Positions 28,400 to 45,860 of a stretch of DNA of 64,000 nt are shown in pieces; position 1 is the first letter of the stretch, and each line of letters opens with the position of its first letter. Under the pieces are notes generated by a model. That model did not search any database, was not told the DNA's origin, and worked only from the letters and a program-made list of their open reading frames with translations. The position numbers and the translations under genes were made by a program. Origin of the DNA: the human T2T-CHM13v2.0 reference genome, Homo sapiens; NCBI RefSeq assembly GCF_009914755.1, contig NC_060936.1; one strand, 5' to 3'.

Positions 28400-29445
28400 T
28401 TTTCATTTTACAGCTTTAAATTTAATATGTAATAGTTGTACATGTATGTGGGGTATATGTTTTTTTATATACACATAAAATGTGTAATGATCAAATCAGG
28501 GTAATTGGGATATCCATTACCTCAAACACTTGTCATTTCTTTGTGTTGGGAACATTCTGAATCTTCTCTTCTGTTTTGGAATATACTATATATTCTTGTT
28601 AACAGTAATCACCCTACTGTGCTATCAAACACCAGAATTTATTTCTTCTATCTAATTTTATGTTTGTACCCATTAATGAATTTCTCTTCATCCCTTCTTC
28701 CCATCTCCCCTTCCCAGCCTCTAGTAACCACCGTTCTCTCTACCTCCATGAAAACAATTCTTTTCTTAGCTCTCACATATGAGTGAGAACAGGCAATGTT
28801 TTTCTTTCTGTGCCTGGCTTATTTCACTTAATATATAATTAACTCAAATAACCCAATAGCAAAAGAAACACAAGTAATTAAAATAAAAAGTAGGCAAAAG
28901 ACCTGGATAGATATTTATCAAAAGAAGACATATAAATGGCCAAAAAGCATATGAGAAAATACTTAACATCACTAATAATCAGGAAAATGCAAATCAAAAC
29001 CACAATGAGATATAATCACACCCCAGTTAAAATGGCTTTTACCAAAAAGACAGAAAACAGCAGATGCTGGTGAGGATGTGGAGAAAGGAAAATGCTCATA
29101 TACTGTTGGTGGGAATGTAAATTAGTACAGCAACTATTGAAAACAGTATGGTCATTCCTCAAAAAACTGAAAGTAGAGCTACTGTATTATCCAGAAATCT
29201 TTTCTGTATATCCAAAAGAAAAGAAAATCAGTTTATCAAAGGGATACCAGCACTGCCATGTTTATTGCAGCACTGCTAACAATAGCCAAGATATGGAATC
29301 AACCTAAGTGTCCAGCAGTGGATGAATGGATAAAGGAAATATGATATATATACACGATGAAATATTATTCAGCCATAAAAAAGAATGAACTCCTGTCATT
29401 TGTAGCAACATGGATAGAACTGGAGGACATTATGTTAAGTGAAAT
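28400..29445. mobile_element. L1MA-like element with 5' inversion (twin priming)
   Basis: 3'UTR on - (~28400-28836) joined to the upstream ORF2 end on + (~28838-29445); TSD AGG(T/G)TATGATTCTT. Confidence 0.85.
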
Positions 29446-29549
29446 AGGGTATGATTCTTGATTCTCTATTTTGGACTACTGATTTTCCTGGCTTCCTGTG
29501 TTAATAAAATAGTTAATTTGATTTTATAACTGAAAACTATTTATTACCT

Positions 29550-31570
29550 CCTATGTTGTTTGAGAATTGAGAATATAACAGTGAAAATAAACACAAAAAA
29601 TACTCTCTGAAAACTTGTTATGGTAGAAAAATACATAAATTAAATGAATAAAGGCATTGTGGGTTACATGGTAACAAGTGCTTTGGAAAGCAGGAAAGGG
29701 GGTTAGGGAGTGCAGGAGTGGGGTGTGATTTAAAATAGGGTTATCAGGAAGAGTCTTAATAAACAGATGATACTTGAGCACAGGTCTAAAAGAGGAGAGG
29801 GAATGAGACGTGAGTTTCTGAGGAAGAGTATTCTAGATAAAGGGAACAAATACCGAGACCCTGAGATGGGCGTGTGCCTGGCATGCTTGAGGAACAGCTG
29901 GAGCCCAGTGAACAAAGGTGAAAGTTCCAGGAGAGGCTGTCAGGGAGATAACAGAGTGATTATGAAAGGATTTGAAAGTCATAATAAAATATTTGGCTTT
30001 TATTCTGAGTGAGTTGGAATACCACTGGAGAAATTTTAAGAGGAAGAATTAAAAGTTTCTAAAGCCTAACTCTGGTTTCTGTATTGAGACTAGGTTAGGC
30101 TATGGGGTTAGGGGAACGAACAGGGTGAATATATAAGACCATAATCATATTTCTTTTTACAAGGCTATTGAATAATTCAAGTTAGAACTTACGTTGGCTT
30201 CAACAAGAGTAGTAGCAGTGGAGTTGGTGAGAAGTAGCCAGATTCTGGATATACCTTGAAGGTGGAGTCAAAAAGATTTGAAAGGAAGATCAGAAGTTCA
30301 CTTTGAGGCATGTTAAGTGTGGGATGCCTATTAAGCACCTGAGAGGAACTAACGAGTAGATAGTTTGAGATATGATTCTGGAGCTCAGGAGAGAAGTCCA
30401 CACTGAAGAAATGTTTCGCAATCATTAGTCTATAGATGGTATTTAAAGGCCTAAGACCACACGTCATCTCCATGGCAATGAGTTTAGATGGAGAAGAGAC
30501 AGGTGAAGGAATAAATGCTTGGGTTCATCAGCAAGAGGTCAAATAAATGAGGAAGAATCCACAAAGGAGACTGAGAAAGGATGAGTGAACAAGGTGTTTT
30601 GAGGAGGAAGGAGTGATCAATTGAATCAAAAGGCCAAGGAGGATGGAGGTTGGACTTAACAAAAGGAATGTCATTGAAGAATCTAGAAGATAAACTTTGT
30701 TGAACTAACCCTTATTGGAGTGGAATCAAACAGAATGTGTGCAGGGGAATCAGAGTGAATGGAGATAAATGGGTAGGCTGCTGAAAGGGACAAAAGAGGG
30801 TTTAAAAAAAAAACTGAAAAAGTAGCAGTCTGTTTTTGTTTTGATGGGAATCATCAAATAGAAAGAGGGAAAATAATGATGGTGCAAGGTGTGGAGTGAG
30901 GAGATATCTAACATGATACCCTTAAGTAGGCAAGATGGGAATGGAACTAGTACTCAAATGGAGGGTTTGGCCCTACATGGCAACATAAAATTCACCTATA
31001 ATGACAAGTTGAAGGGCAGAGTGTATAGGTTCACATGCTAATGGATGGAGAGATGTATTGTGGGTATGTTTGCAAGTTATTTGCTAATTTCTGTGGTTTC
31101 TTCATTGGAATAGGAAACAAAGACATCAACCGAGTGAGAAGCAGGGAGAAAGTGTTGGAGATTTAAGGAGAGAAGAGAAGGGATGAAGTAGTTGTCTTAG
31201 AGCATAGGAGGGCAGATGGACTAGGGAAATGGAGCAGGACTTCTGGGCAGCTTGCAGAGCCTTTTTGTATTTCTGGTATGAATTTAAAGTGAGAAGAGTA
31301 GCATCGTTTTTTCCCAGCCACATTAAAATTCAGGGGTGCCGATGTCAACAGAGAATTGGATTTGCAGGGGCTTGGGGATTGACTAAGTGGGTGACATAAA
31401 GGAGAGATAGGCAAGGAAATTTAAGGTGTTTGCAAGAGTGATTATGTTTGATGGACTAAGGAACTAAAACTGGGTAAGGAGGGATGAGATGGCAGGGGGA
31501 AGAGAGGGAAAGGGAACAGTGAAACACTGGTAGTGTCAATGGATTGTGGGTTCTAGAAGGGGTGAAGTAT
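29550..31570 (-). mobile_element. LINE-2 fragments
   Basis: Purine-rich L2 motifs (gattctggatataccttgaaggtggag). Confidence 0.65.
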
Positions 31571-34097
31571 TGCTGGATTCATGATTCCTGAAAGAACAAT
31601 CTGGAAAAATATTAGTACTTTTGTCTGTTAAGGTCATCACTATTCACCCTTCACTTTTTCCTATTTTCCTCATATATTCTCAGGAATATTCTACCTGCAT
31701 ACTTCAAGGTAATTCAATCTGATTCTAAACAAGAAAACTATGATAACAAAAGACAAAAGGCACTTTTGGCTTTTTCATTGGAATTCGTTGAGATGCTTGT
31801 ATTAATTTTAATGTAATTTATATATTTTTATTGTCTTCCCACCCAAGAACATAATATATTTTCTCATTTTTTTCATATTTTGTGCCCTTTTTATGTTCCC
31901 TTCCTGGAGTTCACAAACAGGCCCATATTCTCTACTATCACTTGTAGATAACATAGCAGCTAGTTCACTTACCAGGCTACTCCACTCAAATTAAAGACTT
32001 TGAAAAACTTTCAGTTTCCCTTTTTCTCTCGTGCTTTTCCCTTCAGCAGGTGACATCACCTCACTTCACATCCAACTCCTGATTTTAGTTGATTTTAATT
32101 CTAGATTCTTATTAGTTTTCCCTTAGCATGTCCATTCAATTTCAATAACTTTATTTAGTACTAACTTTTTACATATATAATTACTGGTTTAGAATTAAAT
32201 ATGTAGATTTTCTATCGTTTCCTCAGTATTTCTAGATGTTAATCCTAGTCTTCTGGCTTCCATAAATGCGGATAAGAGATCTATTTCTTTTATTTTAGAA
32301 AATTTGATTTTTTGCTTGGAGATGTTTCTCTTAATTCTTTTAGATCAGGGATTTTGCTGGAAGCACATCTGCCTGAAACCTGCCTGAACATTGAAAGGAT
32401 CTGCATTTTGACAAAGCATTTAGTTCCAGAAAGCATTTTTTGGTACTCTGCTTGCACTTCCATAAGTGTTTTTATTATTTTGGGTTCAAATTGTCATGCT
32501 TGCTCCTAGCAGTTCTGTTTCCCATTTGAGTTTCCTCTTCTTGCCTACTGAGCCCCTGTAGAAGTCAGGCTAAGCTGGTCTGTCATAGCAAATCAGTCTT
32601 TAAATATCATGGCTTAACACAGCAAGGGTTTAGTTCTTGCTCAGATTGACAAGGGGCTGTGTTTTGCAGAGCCACTCAGGTACCCAAGTGCTGCTATCCT
32701 GGAGGCACACCATCTGAAACACTCTGCTCTGACCTTGCCTAGAAAGCCATAGGGTGGCACATGAGCCCTTAAATGGAACTCTGGAATTTAGTCTGGAATT
32801 CTTATGTAATTGGATAAGACCGAATTTAACTGCAAAGAGGCCAGGAAGTATAGCTTGCCAGGTGCTCAGAAAGGAGAGGAGTATGCATATAAGTGAACAT
32901 GATTAGTCTGAAACACAGATCCTAGATATGGTGTTATTTTTGCTGGTCATCCCATTGGGGTTCCTGTTTTGTTGGTATCAGCTATGCAATGGAGAAGGTG
33001 AAGTCAGTGAGATGTAGAGTGGCAGGCAGGTAACTAGCCTTCCTAAGGCATCAGGACTCCTATATCTCTTCGCCTATGGATGGCCTATCTGTCTAGCTCT
33101 TCTTTTTATTCTAGAGGAGAACACTCATGTGGGACCCATGTTAATTTTATCACACATGGGTTCATGAAAATGTCTAGGTTAAACTCTTCCTAGGGTCTTT
33201 TGTATGGTAACATGCATTCCAGGCTTCTTTTGTACCACGTTCAGGCATTTGGTTTGTCTCCATCATTGTCTCTGTCATTCTTACTTTCTCCCTTAGGTGA
33301 AAAAGCCCAGTCCCAGATCCTCCTGCTGGGCCTTCCAAGAGCCCTAGCCCTCCCTCATCCTCAGCTGACCCCTAGATTCAGACCCTCATAATTTAGGAGA
33401 CTAGCCAGGTAGGGAAGTGTTGCTGTTGAAAGAGGAGAGGAAGTTCGGTGTATTAAGTTCCATGTTATTTCAGAATTTTTCTTTGTACTTAACAAACTTA
33501 ATTTCTTCAGGTGGATATATTTTTCTGTCATTTGTAGTCAAATGATTTGTGGTTTATCTTTCTCTCCCACAGTCTAGAAGCCCAGTTGAATGAAGCAGGC
33601 AAAGACTGTGATCTGAATTCTCTCACTTCTCCCCTGTTCAGAATAAGAGCAGGCTTTGGATCGTGGATGGAGATTTTGAAAGAGATATTTGAGTATTGTG
33701 GATTAAGCTCTTCCAGCTGGTCTCACGCTCAGCTCTTAGACTGAGGGGCTTGTTCACATCAGCAGAACTGATGCTTCCATGGAGATCTTATTGAAATGTT
33801 AGAAATATCTGGAAGAGGGCTTTCAGGAGTCCTGGGATCCCAGAAGAGGAAAAACTATATCAGTAGCCAATAACTTGAATAACATCACTAAATACCTAAA
33901 AAATTCTTTCAGAATTGTCTGATTTGTTGTAAGAATCAGCTTCAGCCTTCTAATATATGACATTAGGGACTATTTGATACAGGAATATGTTTCTATATTC
34001 CTGTGTTTCTATATTATCATTGTGTTTTTTAAAAAATTATTAAACTTATGGATAGTTTTCCTGTGAATGATGAGTTTTAAAAACTATTAATAGAATT

Positions 34098-34458
<361 letters not shown>

Positions 34459-34464
34459 TTATAG

Positions 34465-34544
34465 AGATATATTCAAAGGATGATGGAAGTTCATTTTATA
34501 ATCTTACAAAACTTAAAGATGAGATCACTCTTAGCATGCTAAAG
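34465..34544 (+). CDS. CFAP54: CFAP54 coding exon (80 nt, 1->0): (E)IYSKDDGSSFYNLTKLKDEITLSMLK
   Basis: ttatag|AG acceptor, AAG|gtaagt donor; phase matches. Confidence 0.9.
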
Positions 34545-34765
34545 GTAAGTTTGAAACTGTTTTCAAACCATTAAGTTAGTTACCAAAAATCCACTATTAG
34601 GCCCTGGATGGGCCTGCTTTCAGAGTTATGCTTGCTCTTGTGAGAGCAGTTACCTTTTCTTGTGTAAGAATGGGTTGGAGCCAGAGGTGGAGTTTACTCC
34701 TCATGAGAAAAGTAGATGTCCAGTGGTGTCCAGCTTTGACTTCACAACCTGATTAAGGTGCTTCA

Positions 34766-35078
<313 letters not shown>

Positions 35079-35551
35079 GAAACATGATTCATTATTTGGT
35101 GGGATATGAGTATTCCATCCCGTTTATCATTTCCCAATAATAGTGATGACAATGGCATCAACAGCTTTTGCATGATTATTTAATTTTTATAACTTTATGA
35201 TGTAGGTAGTAATCATTTTGAACTGTGCTGTGCTGAACCATGAGAAAACTGAGGCTTAGACATCTAAGAATTTGACTAATATCATACAACTAATAAAATA
35301 TAGATCCAGGAGAAGGACTACATCTTTTTGATTCAAAATCCATGTTCTTAAACATTATACTGAATTGCCCTAATATTTATATAATATTCACTGCTCTGCA
35401 CAAATACATTTTTAGTGGCCTGTCACTTGAAAGATTGGTTGGTCCCTTTATCTTCTGCCATGTTAGGCTGCTATTTACTATTGATTGTCTACTGTAAAAA
35501 TCTCATTATCTTCACATTACCAACTAGGTGACCATACTTTAACTTGAAATA

Positions 35552-36188
35552 CAGTTGATCCACATTATTCACAGATTCTGTGTTTGCTAATTTGCAGATC
35601 TACTGAAATTTATTTGTAGCCTGAAAATCAACACTCTTGGCACTCTGTTGGCTATTCGTGAACACACGCAGAGCACAGAAAAATTTGAGCTGCCCAATGC
35701 ACGTATTCCCAGCTGAGTTGAACAAGGAGATGCTCTGACTTTTTGTTGCCACTCTCATACTGTAAACAAGTGTCCTTTTCACGGTCTATTTAGTACCATG
35801 CTTTTTGAATTTTTGTCAATATTTACAATGACCCTCCAGCATAGTGCTGAAGTGCTGTGGAGCATTTCTAAGTTAAGAGGGCTGTGGTGTCCCTTATGGA
35901 GAAGCTATGTGTGTTAGATAAGCTTCCTTCAGAAGTGAGTGCTATTGGCTGTGAGTTCAAGGTTAGCAAATTAACAGTATATATTAAATATACTGTTATA
36001 TATCCTTAGCCATAAACACACATTAAACAAGGAGGCTGTGTATTGAGCAGTTAATGAAAATGTTGTGACCAGAGGCTCTCGGGTACTTTTCTCCATGTCT
36101 CCCCTAGGAGCAATGGCTCAGTATCCAGTAATCAGTGTTTGCAAGAACTTTATAGAACATAACTACTGTGAATAGTAAGCACCAGCTG
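35552..36188. mobile_element. MER44/Tigger7-type DNA transposon fossil
   Basis: ta|CAGTTGATCC...ATTCACAG left end, gtgaata...CAGCTG right end. Confidence 0.7.
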
Positions 36189-36426
36189 TGCACACAAGAA
36201 AAGGTCACTGTCATGCATGCTGACGCTTGCTTTCACTTTCCTTTTCGTTTTCTGTTGCCTTTTTCCTTTTTGCTGAACTCTCTTCTCTGGTAATTAGATA
36301 CCAAGTTCCTTTTTGGTCTTCCATTCATTGTTACTTTTCAGTACATGAAAAATATTTGCTAAAGAAGAAAGAGACAGTATTTGTATTATTTCTGAACTCA
36401 CGTGATGTATGGTATCCTTTCCTTAG

Positions 36427-36587
36427 TCGATGTTACTGATGGAAGCTGAGGACAGGCTAAACTTCCTTCTGTCCGAGGTGGAACAGAAGACCCTGTCTCA
36501 GTGCTCCGCTGGCGAGCTGGAGATTGTGGTGGAGGCCCGGCTTCAGCTGGCTGCAGTTGCTCTGCAGAGGCACCGGGCGGCATACAG
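36427..36587 (+). CDS. CFAP54: CFAP54 coding exon (161 nt, 0->2): SMLLMEAEDRLNFLLSEVEQK...ALQRHRAAY(S)
   Basis: ccttag|T acceptor, CAG|gtgcgt donor; GC-rich island within AT-rich intron; ORF 36430..36624. Confidence 0.93.
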
Positions 36588-36761
36588 GTGCGTCTCTCCA
36601 TGCACAGGGGAGGGATACCTTTGAAGAGAGTTCCTTCACCCTAGTTTATTAAATAGACTTAAATTTTATGTAAGTTTTAGAAATTCCTATATCCATAGTA
36701 TGCTTGCTTTTTATTATTCAGGGAAGTTTTCATACATGATTTCACTTAAAATTATAGCTCT

Positions 36762-37055
<294 letters not shown>

Positions 37056-37369
37056 TTACAGTTCTCAATAAAGCAATTATTTTATGAAGGCACACAGCTG
37101 GGTTGTTTAATTTCATATATAGAATGAACAAATTAACAATGCTTTGATTTTTTTATACATTTAATTTACTTTTTAAAAAGACTAAACCTTTTTACGAATA
37201 AAAGCTATGGAGTGTTTTCTTTTTTTCTAAAACATTGACTTAAAATATTAAAAACAAACCTATTTTGAAAAAGTAAGTTTCTGCATCATATTGCACTGAA
37301 CTGTTTAATAAACTGTTGTAGGTAGCTAATTATTTAAATGTGCTGCAATTGTTAGTGTCAGCTCTTTCA

Positions 37370-39674
37370 TTTAGTTTGTTCATCGATTTATTTATTTAGT
37401 CAACCAGTATCTGTTAACTCTCTCACTGCCAGGCTCTGATCTAGGCAGTGAAGATATAAAGATGCATAGAATACAATTTCTGTATCCATATGCTCACAGA
37501 TATATAAGCAGTCAGGTAGAGTAGTAAAAATAATATTACAGCGCTTTTTTCATATTTAATAATATGGACATCCACATTCAAGAGTTTCTCCATGCCATTT
37601 GTGATAAACACTTCTATCATGAGGTCCTCTGACACATTCAATAGTGATTCATCTAATAATGCATACATTTCTTATCATTCATTAATTCGTTTAAAAAATA
37701 AGTTTGTGCACTTTCAATATGCTAGGCACTGTTCTAAGCTCCTGGCAAGTATCAGTGGCCCAATACTCATATATACAGTCTAAACAAAATATATAACAAT
37801 ATTGTGCAAAATCTTGCCCTATATTCTAATAGATAATAAACATGCTGGCAATAAACTATAAACACAAGTAAATTACAGAGTGTGGGCAAAAATGATAAGT
37901 GCTATGGAGAATATAAGGAGTAGAGGTTGGAGGGGGACGAGTTACCATTTTAAAATCGTGTGGTTGTAATAAGTGTGACTCCATTTTGATGTTCAATGGC
38001 TGACAGCTTTCAAGCCCGACCACTGTCCTTCTCTTTCTGCCCCTGACCTGAGCAAGCAGATAAGAAAGCCCATCTGTTCCCTCCTTTGGTGTTAGTGGAA
38101 AGTTCAAACCATGTAAGTCCTGGCCCACGTGCAGGAACTCTTACCTCAGTGCCACCCACCAACCACCATAAAACTCCAAGCCAGTCTCTTTTCCTTACTT
38201 TCTCCATACATTTTCCCACCTGTTTGGGAACCTGCTCTGATCTTCTTGCAAGGTCTCATTATGTGAGCAGTACCCCATTTCATACCCTCTTGACGTGTGT
38301 GTATCTGGGATCAGTCGTGACATCTGAACCACATTTTGGGTGGTCAGGGCAGGCTTCATTGATGAGGTGACATCTGAACAAAGTACTTAAATGAGAGAAT
38401 TATCCATGCAAATATCTATAGACAAAGTGTTACAGGCCATGGAGACATGCCTGATACATGTTTGAGGGACACCTCCAGGCCTCTTGTGGCTGGGGTGGAG
38501 TGAGTGAGGGGCAGAGTTGCAAGGGAGATCGGCAAAGAGGTAACTGGTGGACAAGGAGATTACATAAGACCTTTTGGCCAGGGTAAAGACTGACTTTGAG
38601 TGAAGTGGGGAGTCATTGTGGAGTTTTGAGCAGAGGAGTGACATGATCTGATTTTCATTGTAAAGGGTTGGCTCTTGCTGCTAGTGTGAGAATTGATTAT
38701 AAGAGGAAAAGGGTGTGAAAGCAAGGAGATGAATTAAGGAGGCTATTATAATAACAGAAATATGGTGGTGTTTCTTACCAGTGTGATAGCACTGGAGGTA
38801 ATGAGAAGTATTTGGATTCTGAGTAAATTTTGAAGGTAGAGCCATTCTGTTTTACAGATATTGGATGTAAGTTGTGAGAAAAAGAGAGGAGTCAAAAAAG
38901 AAGTGGTCATTAACTGAAATGGGGAGGTTGTAGGGGTGCAGCTTATTTAGGGGAAACACCAGGAATTAAAATTTGGATGTATGTAGTTTGAGATGTCCCT
39001 TAGATGTACAATTGAAGATGTCAAGTATTCTGAGAGTCTTTAGAATATAGACAGTGTTATTCAAATCTTCCCAGCATAAAGAAAAGATAAATGTGTAAGG
39101 TGATGGATATACCAATCACTGCTATTTAATTATTACACATTATGTAATGTATCAAAATATTTTATGTACCCTGGAAGTATATATGTCTATTAAGCATCAA
39201 TAAAAATACAATGATAAGAATAATACAAATTTAAAAGTACAGTATAACAACTAAAAAAAGTAAAGACAGAATTTTAATACTGGATGAGCTCCGTTAGGGG
39301 GTATAAATAGATGGAAGAGAGAAAAGGACCAAGGATCAAGCCCTGAGTTTTGTACTCCAACTTTACGAGACTGGGGAGAAAATGAGGAACCAGAAAGGGG
39401 ACTGAGAAGAAGTGACCAGTAAGATAGAAGAAAACCAAGAGATTATGGAACCCTGAAAGCCAAGTGAAGAAAGTGGTCGAGGAGAATGGAGTGACCAACT
39501 GTGCCACAAGCTTCTGATAGATTGAGTAAGGTAAGGATAGAGAGTTGACCCCTGGATTTAGCATGGAGGCCAATGGTGACCTTCACAGGAGTAACTTTAG
39601 AAGATGCTTGGGAAAGATTATGTTTAGAGTTGTTTATGAGAGAATGGGAAGAGAGAAATTGGAGCCCACAAATA
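37370..39674 (-). mobile_element. LINE-2 fragments with nested LTR (~37965-38340) and L1 3'-end (~39060-39240) pieces; host of the full-length L1
   Basis: L2 motifs continue after the L1 TSD (gagttttactatgaaggggagtagagaaa). Confidence 0.6.
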
Positions 39675-39918
39675 AAGATGATTCTTTTTTTTTTCTTTTT
39701 TTAAATTATTATTATTATACTTTAAGTTTTAGGGTACATGTGCACAGTGTGCAGGTTAGTTACATATGTATACATGTGCCATGCTGGTGTGCTGCACCCA
39801 TTAACTTGTCATTTAGCATTAGGTATATCTCCTAATGCTATCCCTCCCCCCTCCCCCCACCCCACAACAGTCCCCAGAGTGTGATGTTCCCCTTCCTGTG
39901 TCCATGTGTTCTCAGTGT

Positions 39919-43755
<3,837 letters not shown>

Positions 43756-43803
43756 TTATTTTGCTCGTTAGTTGATGCAGTTTCTTCCTAGTCTCGATGG
43801 TCT

Positions 43804-44820
43804 TTACATTTTGGCATTATTTTGCAGCGGCTGGTACCGGTTGTTCCTTTCCATGTTTAGTGCTTCCTTCAGGAGCTCTTTTAGGGCAGGCCTGGTGGTG
43901 ACAAAATCTTTCAGCATTTGCTTGTCTGTAAAGGATTTTATTTCTCCTTCACTTATGAAGCTTAGTTTGGCTGGATATGAAATTCTGGGTTGAAAATTCT
44001 TTTCTTTAAGAATGTTGAATATTGGCCCCCACTCTCTTCTGGCTTGTAGAGTTTCTGCTGAGAGATCCACTGTTAGTCTGATGGGCTTCCCTTTGTGGGT
44101 AACCCAACCTTTCTCTCTGGCTGCCCTTAACATTTCTCCCTTCATTTCAACTTTGGTGAATCTGACAATTATGTGTCTTGGAGTTGCTCTTCTCGAGGAG
44201 TATCTTTGTGGCATTCTCTGTATTTCCTGAATCTGAATGTTGGCCTGCCTTGCTAGATTGGGGAAGTTCTCCTGGATAATATCCTGCAGAGTGTTTTCCA
44301 ACTTGGTTCCATTCTCCCTGTCACTTTCAGGTACACCAATCAGATGCAGATTTGGTGTTTTCACATAGTCCCATATTTCTTGGAGGCTTGCTTTGTTTCT
44401 TTTTATTCTTTTTTCTCTAAACTTCCCTTCTCGCTTCATTTCATTAATTTCATCTTCCATCACTGATACCCTTTCTTCCAGTTGATCGCATCAGCTCCTG
44501 AGGCTTCTGCATTCTTCACGTAGTTCTCGACCCTTGGCTTTCAGCTCCATCAGCTCCTTTAAGCACTTCTCTGTATTGGTTATTCTAGTTATACATTCGT
44601 CTAAATTTTTTTCAAAGTTTTCAACTTCTTTGCCTTTGGTTTGAAATTCCTCCTGTAGCTCGGAGTAGTTTGATCATCTGAAGCCTTCTTCTCTCAACTC
44701 GTCAAAGTCATTCTCCGTCCAGCTTTGTTCCGTTGCTGGTGAGTAACTGCATTCCTTTGGAGGAGGAGAGGCGCTCTGCTTTTTAGAGTTTCCAGTTTTT
44801 CTGCTCTGTTTTTTCCCCAT
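43804..44820 (-). pseudogene. L1 ORF1p, disrupted (TGA at codon 49, 44674-44676)
   Basis: ATG GGG AAA AAA CAG (MGKKQ) at 44820; AGA TGA where the consensus has RR; C-terminal part = ORF 43804..44463. Confidence 0.92.
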
Positions 44821-45860
44821 CTTTATGGTTTTATCTACTTTGGGTCTTTGATGATGGTGATGTACAGATGGGTTTTTGGTGTGGATGTCCTTTCTGTTTG
44901 TTAGTTTTCCTTCTAACAGACAGGACCCTCAGCTGCAGGTCTGTTGGACTTTGCTAGAGGTCCACTCCAGACCCTGTTTGCCTGGGTATCAGCAGCGGTG
45001 TCTGTAGAACCGCGGATTTTCATGAACCGCGAATGCTGCTGTCTGATCGTTCTTCTGGAAGTTTTGTCTCAGAGGAGTACCCGGCCATGTGAGGTGTCAG
45101 TCTACCCCTACTGGGGGGTGCCTCCCAGTTAGGCTGCTCGGGGGTCAGCGGTCGGGGACCCACTTGAGGAGGCAGTCTGCCCGTTCTCAGATCTCCAGCT
45201 GCGTGCTGGGAGAACCACTGCTCCCTTCAAAGCTGTCAGACAGGGACATTTAAGTCTGCAGAGGTTACTGCTGTCTTTTTGTTTGTCTGTGCCCTGCCCC
45301 CAGAGGTGGAGCCTATAGAGGCAGGCAGGCCTCCTTGAGCTGTGGTGGGCTCCACCCTGTTCCAGCTTCCTGGCTGCTTTGTTTACCTAAGCAAGCCTGG
45401 GCAATGGCGGGCGCCCCTCCCCCAGCCTCGCTTCTGCCTTGCAGTTTGATCTCAGACTGCTGTGCTAGCAATCAGCAAGATTCCGTGGGCGTGGGCGTAG
45501 GACCCTCCGAGCCAGGTGCGGGATATAATTCTCCTGGTGCGCTGTTTCCTAAGCCCATCGGAAAAGCTCAGTATTCGGGTGGGAGTGACCCGATTTTCCA
45601 GGTGCCGTCTGTCACCCCTTTCCTTAACCAGGAAAGGGAACTCCCTGACCCCTTGCGCTTCCCGAGTGAGGCAATGCCTCACCCTGCTTCAGCTCGCGCA
45701 CGGCGCGCTGCACCCACTGTCCTGCGCCCACTGTCTGGCACTCCCTAGTGAGATGAACCCGGTACCTCAGATGGAAATGCAGAAATCACCCGTCTTCTGC
45801 GTCGCTCACACTGGGAGCTGTAGACCGGAGCTGTTCCTATTTGGCCATCTTGGCTCCTCC
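44821..45860. promoter_or_regulatory. L1 5'UTR: CpG-rich sense and antisense promoter; intact YY1 motif (AAGATGGCC, 45843-45851 on -)
   Basis: Highest CpG density in the window; known L1 5'UTR layout. Activity not shown. Confidence 0.75.
45404..45748 (+). other. L1 ORF0 variant on the antisense-promoter strand (114 aa, frameshifted C-terminus)
   Basis: gcaATGg then MAGAPPPASLLPCSLISDCCASNQ matches primate L1 ORF0; the canonical C-terminus (VRCFLSPSEK...TRFSRC) continues in another frame. Confidence 0.8.

Noticed and set aside
33979-34004. 10-bp stem inverted repeat
   Set aside because: Too short to separate from chance
39842-39864. C-rich tract (G-quadruplex on -)
   Set aside because: Standard polypurine tract of L1PA 3'UTRs
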